The notes under the pieces are model-generated. The model searched no databases, was not told where the DNA came from, and saw nothing but the letters and a program-made list of their open reading frames with translations. From assembly GCA_039794005.1 (NCBI GenBank), contig JBAMMA010000017.1:124837-188836 (forward strand): a stretch of 64,000 nt of DNA. The letters are read 5' to 3'. Positions 62,561 through 64,000 of this stretch are shown piece by piece. The position numbers and the translations under genes were made by a program. The stretch is from Thermoplasmata archaeon (GTDB lineage: Archaea > Thermoplasmatota > Thermoplasmata > Thermoplasmatales > ARK-15). Every line of letters starts with the position of its first letter. Positions within the stretch are counted from its first letter, which is position 1.

Positions 62561-64000
62561 ATGTTCAACGGTCCTCTTGAAAAAATAGATGATTTCAGGT
62601 GGAGGATACCAAAAACTTATAAAAAGGGGATGAAGGTAGACGGTATTATTATTGCAAGTGAGCACATGCTCAACGATATTAGAAATGACAATGCCCCAGA
62701 ACAGGTAGCCAACGTTGCAACACTTCCAGGTATTATAAGGGCATCATATGCCATGCCAGATATACATTGGGGATATGGTTTCCCAATAGGAGGCGTGGCC
62801 GCATTCGATTTTGATGAAGGTGTCATATCCCCTGGAGGCGTCGGATATGACATAAATTGCGGTGTAAAGATGGTAAGAACAAATTTAACGATAAAAGATG
62901 TGAGACCAAAGATAAAAGAGCTCGTTGATACAATTTTTGAAGAAGTACCCAGCGGTGTTGGGTCAGAGGGAAAAATCAAGCTGAATAGGAACGACCTGAA
63001 CGGGGTGTTATCCGAGGGTGCTAAATGGGCTGTTGAAAATGGATATGGCTGGCAGGAGGATCTTGAGAGAATCGAAGAGTATGGAAGGATTGAGGGGGGC
63101 GATCCTAGCAAGATCTCCGAAAAGGCCAAATCGAGGGGGGCGCCACAGCTCGGCACCCTCGGAGCGGGAAATCATTTTCTTGAGGTTCAGGTCGTAGATA
63201 AAATATTTTTGCCGGATGTAGCAAAGAGGTTTGGAATTTTCGAAGAGGGTCAGATTACTGTAATGATACATACAGGGTCTCGTGGCCTTGGTCATCAGGT
63301 GGCAACAGATTATATAGAAATAATGGAATCTGCTGCAAAGAAATATAAGATTGAGCTTGTGGATAAACAGCTAGCCGCTGCACCAATACATTCTAAGGAA
63401 GCTCAGGATTATATCTCAGCAATGGCTGGTGCTGCAAATTTCGGTTTTGTCAACAGGCAGATGATTAACCATTGGACAAGGAGAGCATTTGAAAGGATTT
63501 TCAAAACGGATGCCGAGAGTTTAGATATGCATGTAATATACAGTGTAGCACATAATATTGCAAAGATCGAGGAATATGAAATAGACGGAAAAAGAAGAAA
63601 GGTTGTTGTGCATAGAAAAGGTGCAACCAGGGCATTTCCAGCGAATCATCCATCACTTCCAGATATATACAAGGATATTGGCCAGCCCGTATTGATACCG
63701 GGTGATATGGGAAGGGCATCTTATCTGTTGGTCGGGACACAAAGGGCGATGGAGGAAACGTTTGGATCCACATGTCACGGTGCAGGAAGGGTTTTGTCCA
63801 GGAATGAAGCACTTAGAAGATATAGGGGTGAAGCGGTAAAGAGGGAACTATTAAACAATGGAATATATGTAAAATCTGCAACATCAGAAGTTGCAGCCGA
63901 AGAGGCTCCTGGAGCATATAAAAACGTTGATGATGTGGTAAATGCCGTAGAAGGGGCAGGAATATCTAGGATAGTAGTAAGGTTGAGGCCAATAGGAGTT
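62561..64000 (+). CDS. rtcB: tRNA-splicing ligase RtcB (runs off window end)
   Basis: Hand translation: MPDIHWGYGFPIGGV, GVGYDINCG, LGAGNHFLE, HRKGATRAF, EEAPGAYK. Confidence 0.96.
   Translation, partial: MFNGPLEKIDDFRWRIPKTYKKGMKVDGIIIASEHMLNDIRNDNAPEQVANVATLPGIIRASYAMPDIHWGYGFPIGGVAAFDFDEGVISPGGVGYDINCGVKMVRTNLTIKDVRPKIKELVDTIFEEVPSGVGSEGKIKLNRNDLNGVLSEGAKWAVENGYGWQEDLERIEEYGRIEGGDPSKISEKAKSRGAPQLGTLGAGNHFLEVQVVDKIFLPDVAKRFGIFEEGQITVMIHTGSRGLGHQVATDYIEIMESAAKKYKIELVDKQLAAAPIHSKEAQDYISAMAGAANFGFVNRQMINHWTRRAFERIFKTDAESLDMHVIYSVAHNIAKIEEYEIDGKRRKVVVHRKGATRAFPANHPSLPDIYKDIGQPVLIPGDMGRASYLLVGTQRAMEETFGSTCHGAGRVLSRNEALRRYRGEAVKRELLNNGIYVKSATSEVAAEEAPGAYKNVDDVVNAVEGAGISRIVVRLRPIGV

Noticed and set aside
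62617-63812. Minus-strand ORFs 62617..63156, 63008..63295, 63501..63812
   Set aside because: Antisense shadows of rtcB. The many other short opposite-strand ORFs inside core genes were dismissed for the same reason.
62561-64000. Intein in RtcB
   Set aside because: The DINCG region continues directly into normal RtcB sequence and the length is ordinary.

Overview
AT-rich archaeal chromosomal window, most consistent with Thermoplasmata (tfb, rpo4, rpl21e/rpl40e, pus10, tiaS, ftsZ, an alkyltransferase-EndoV fusion, a TIGR04190-like B12 radical SAM). It is mostly housekeeping genes for translation and tRNA modification, NAD salvage, polyamines, Moco, quinone synthesis and cell division. Standout accessory features: (1) a compact five-gene VirB2-like/VirB6-like/VirB4 operon at 25.2-29.1 kb with no relaxase, coupling protein or integrase in the window, reading directly into a DNA-repair gene; this is a candidate domesticated Ced/Ted-like DNA-exchange system outside Crenarchaeota; (2) a DUF1611 + PP-loop (MurL-like) operon with an unusual structured leader/uORF; (3) isolated csx1 and cas6 with no CRISPR array; (4) several decayed loci: an in-frame TAG in a GH114-like surface protein, an eroded lipase paralog, a copper-resistance locus next to an IS256 remnant, and homopolymer frameshifts. 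No rRNA, tRNA or CRISPR array was seen. All family calls come from motif recognition by eye, not database searches.
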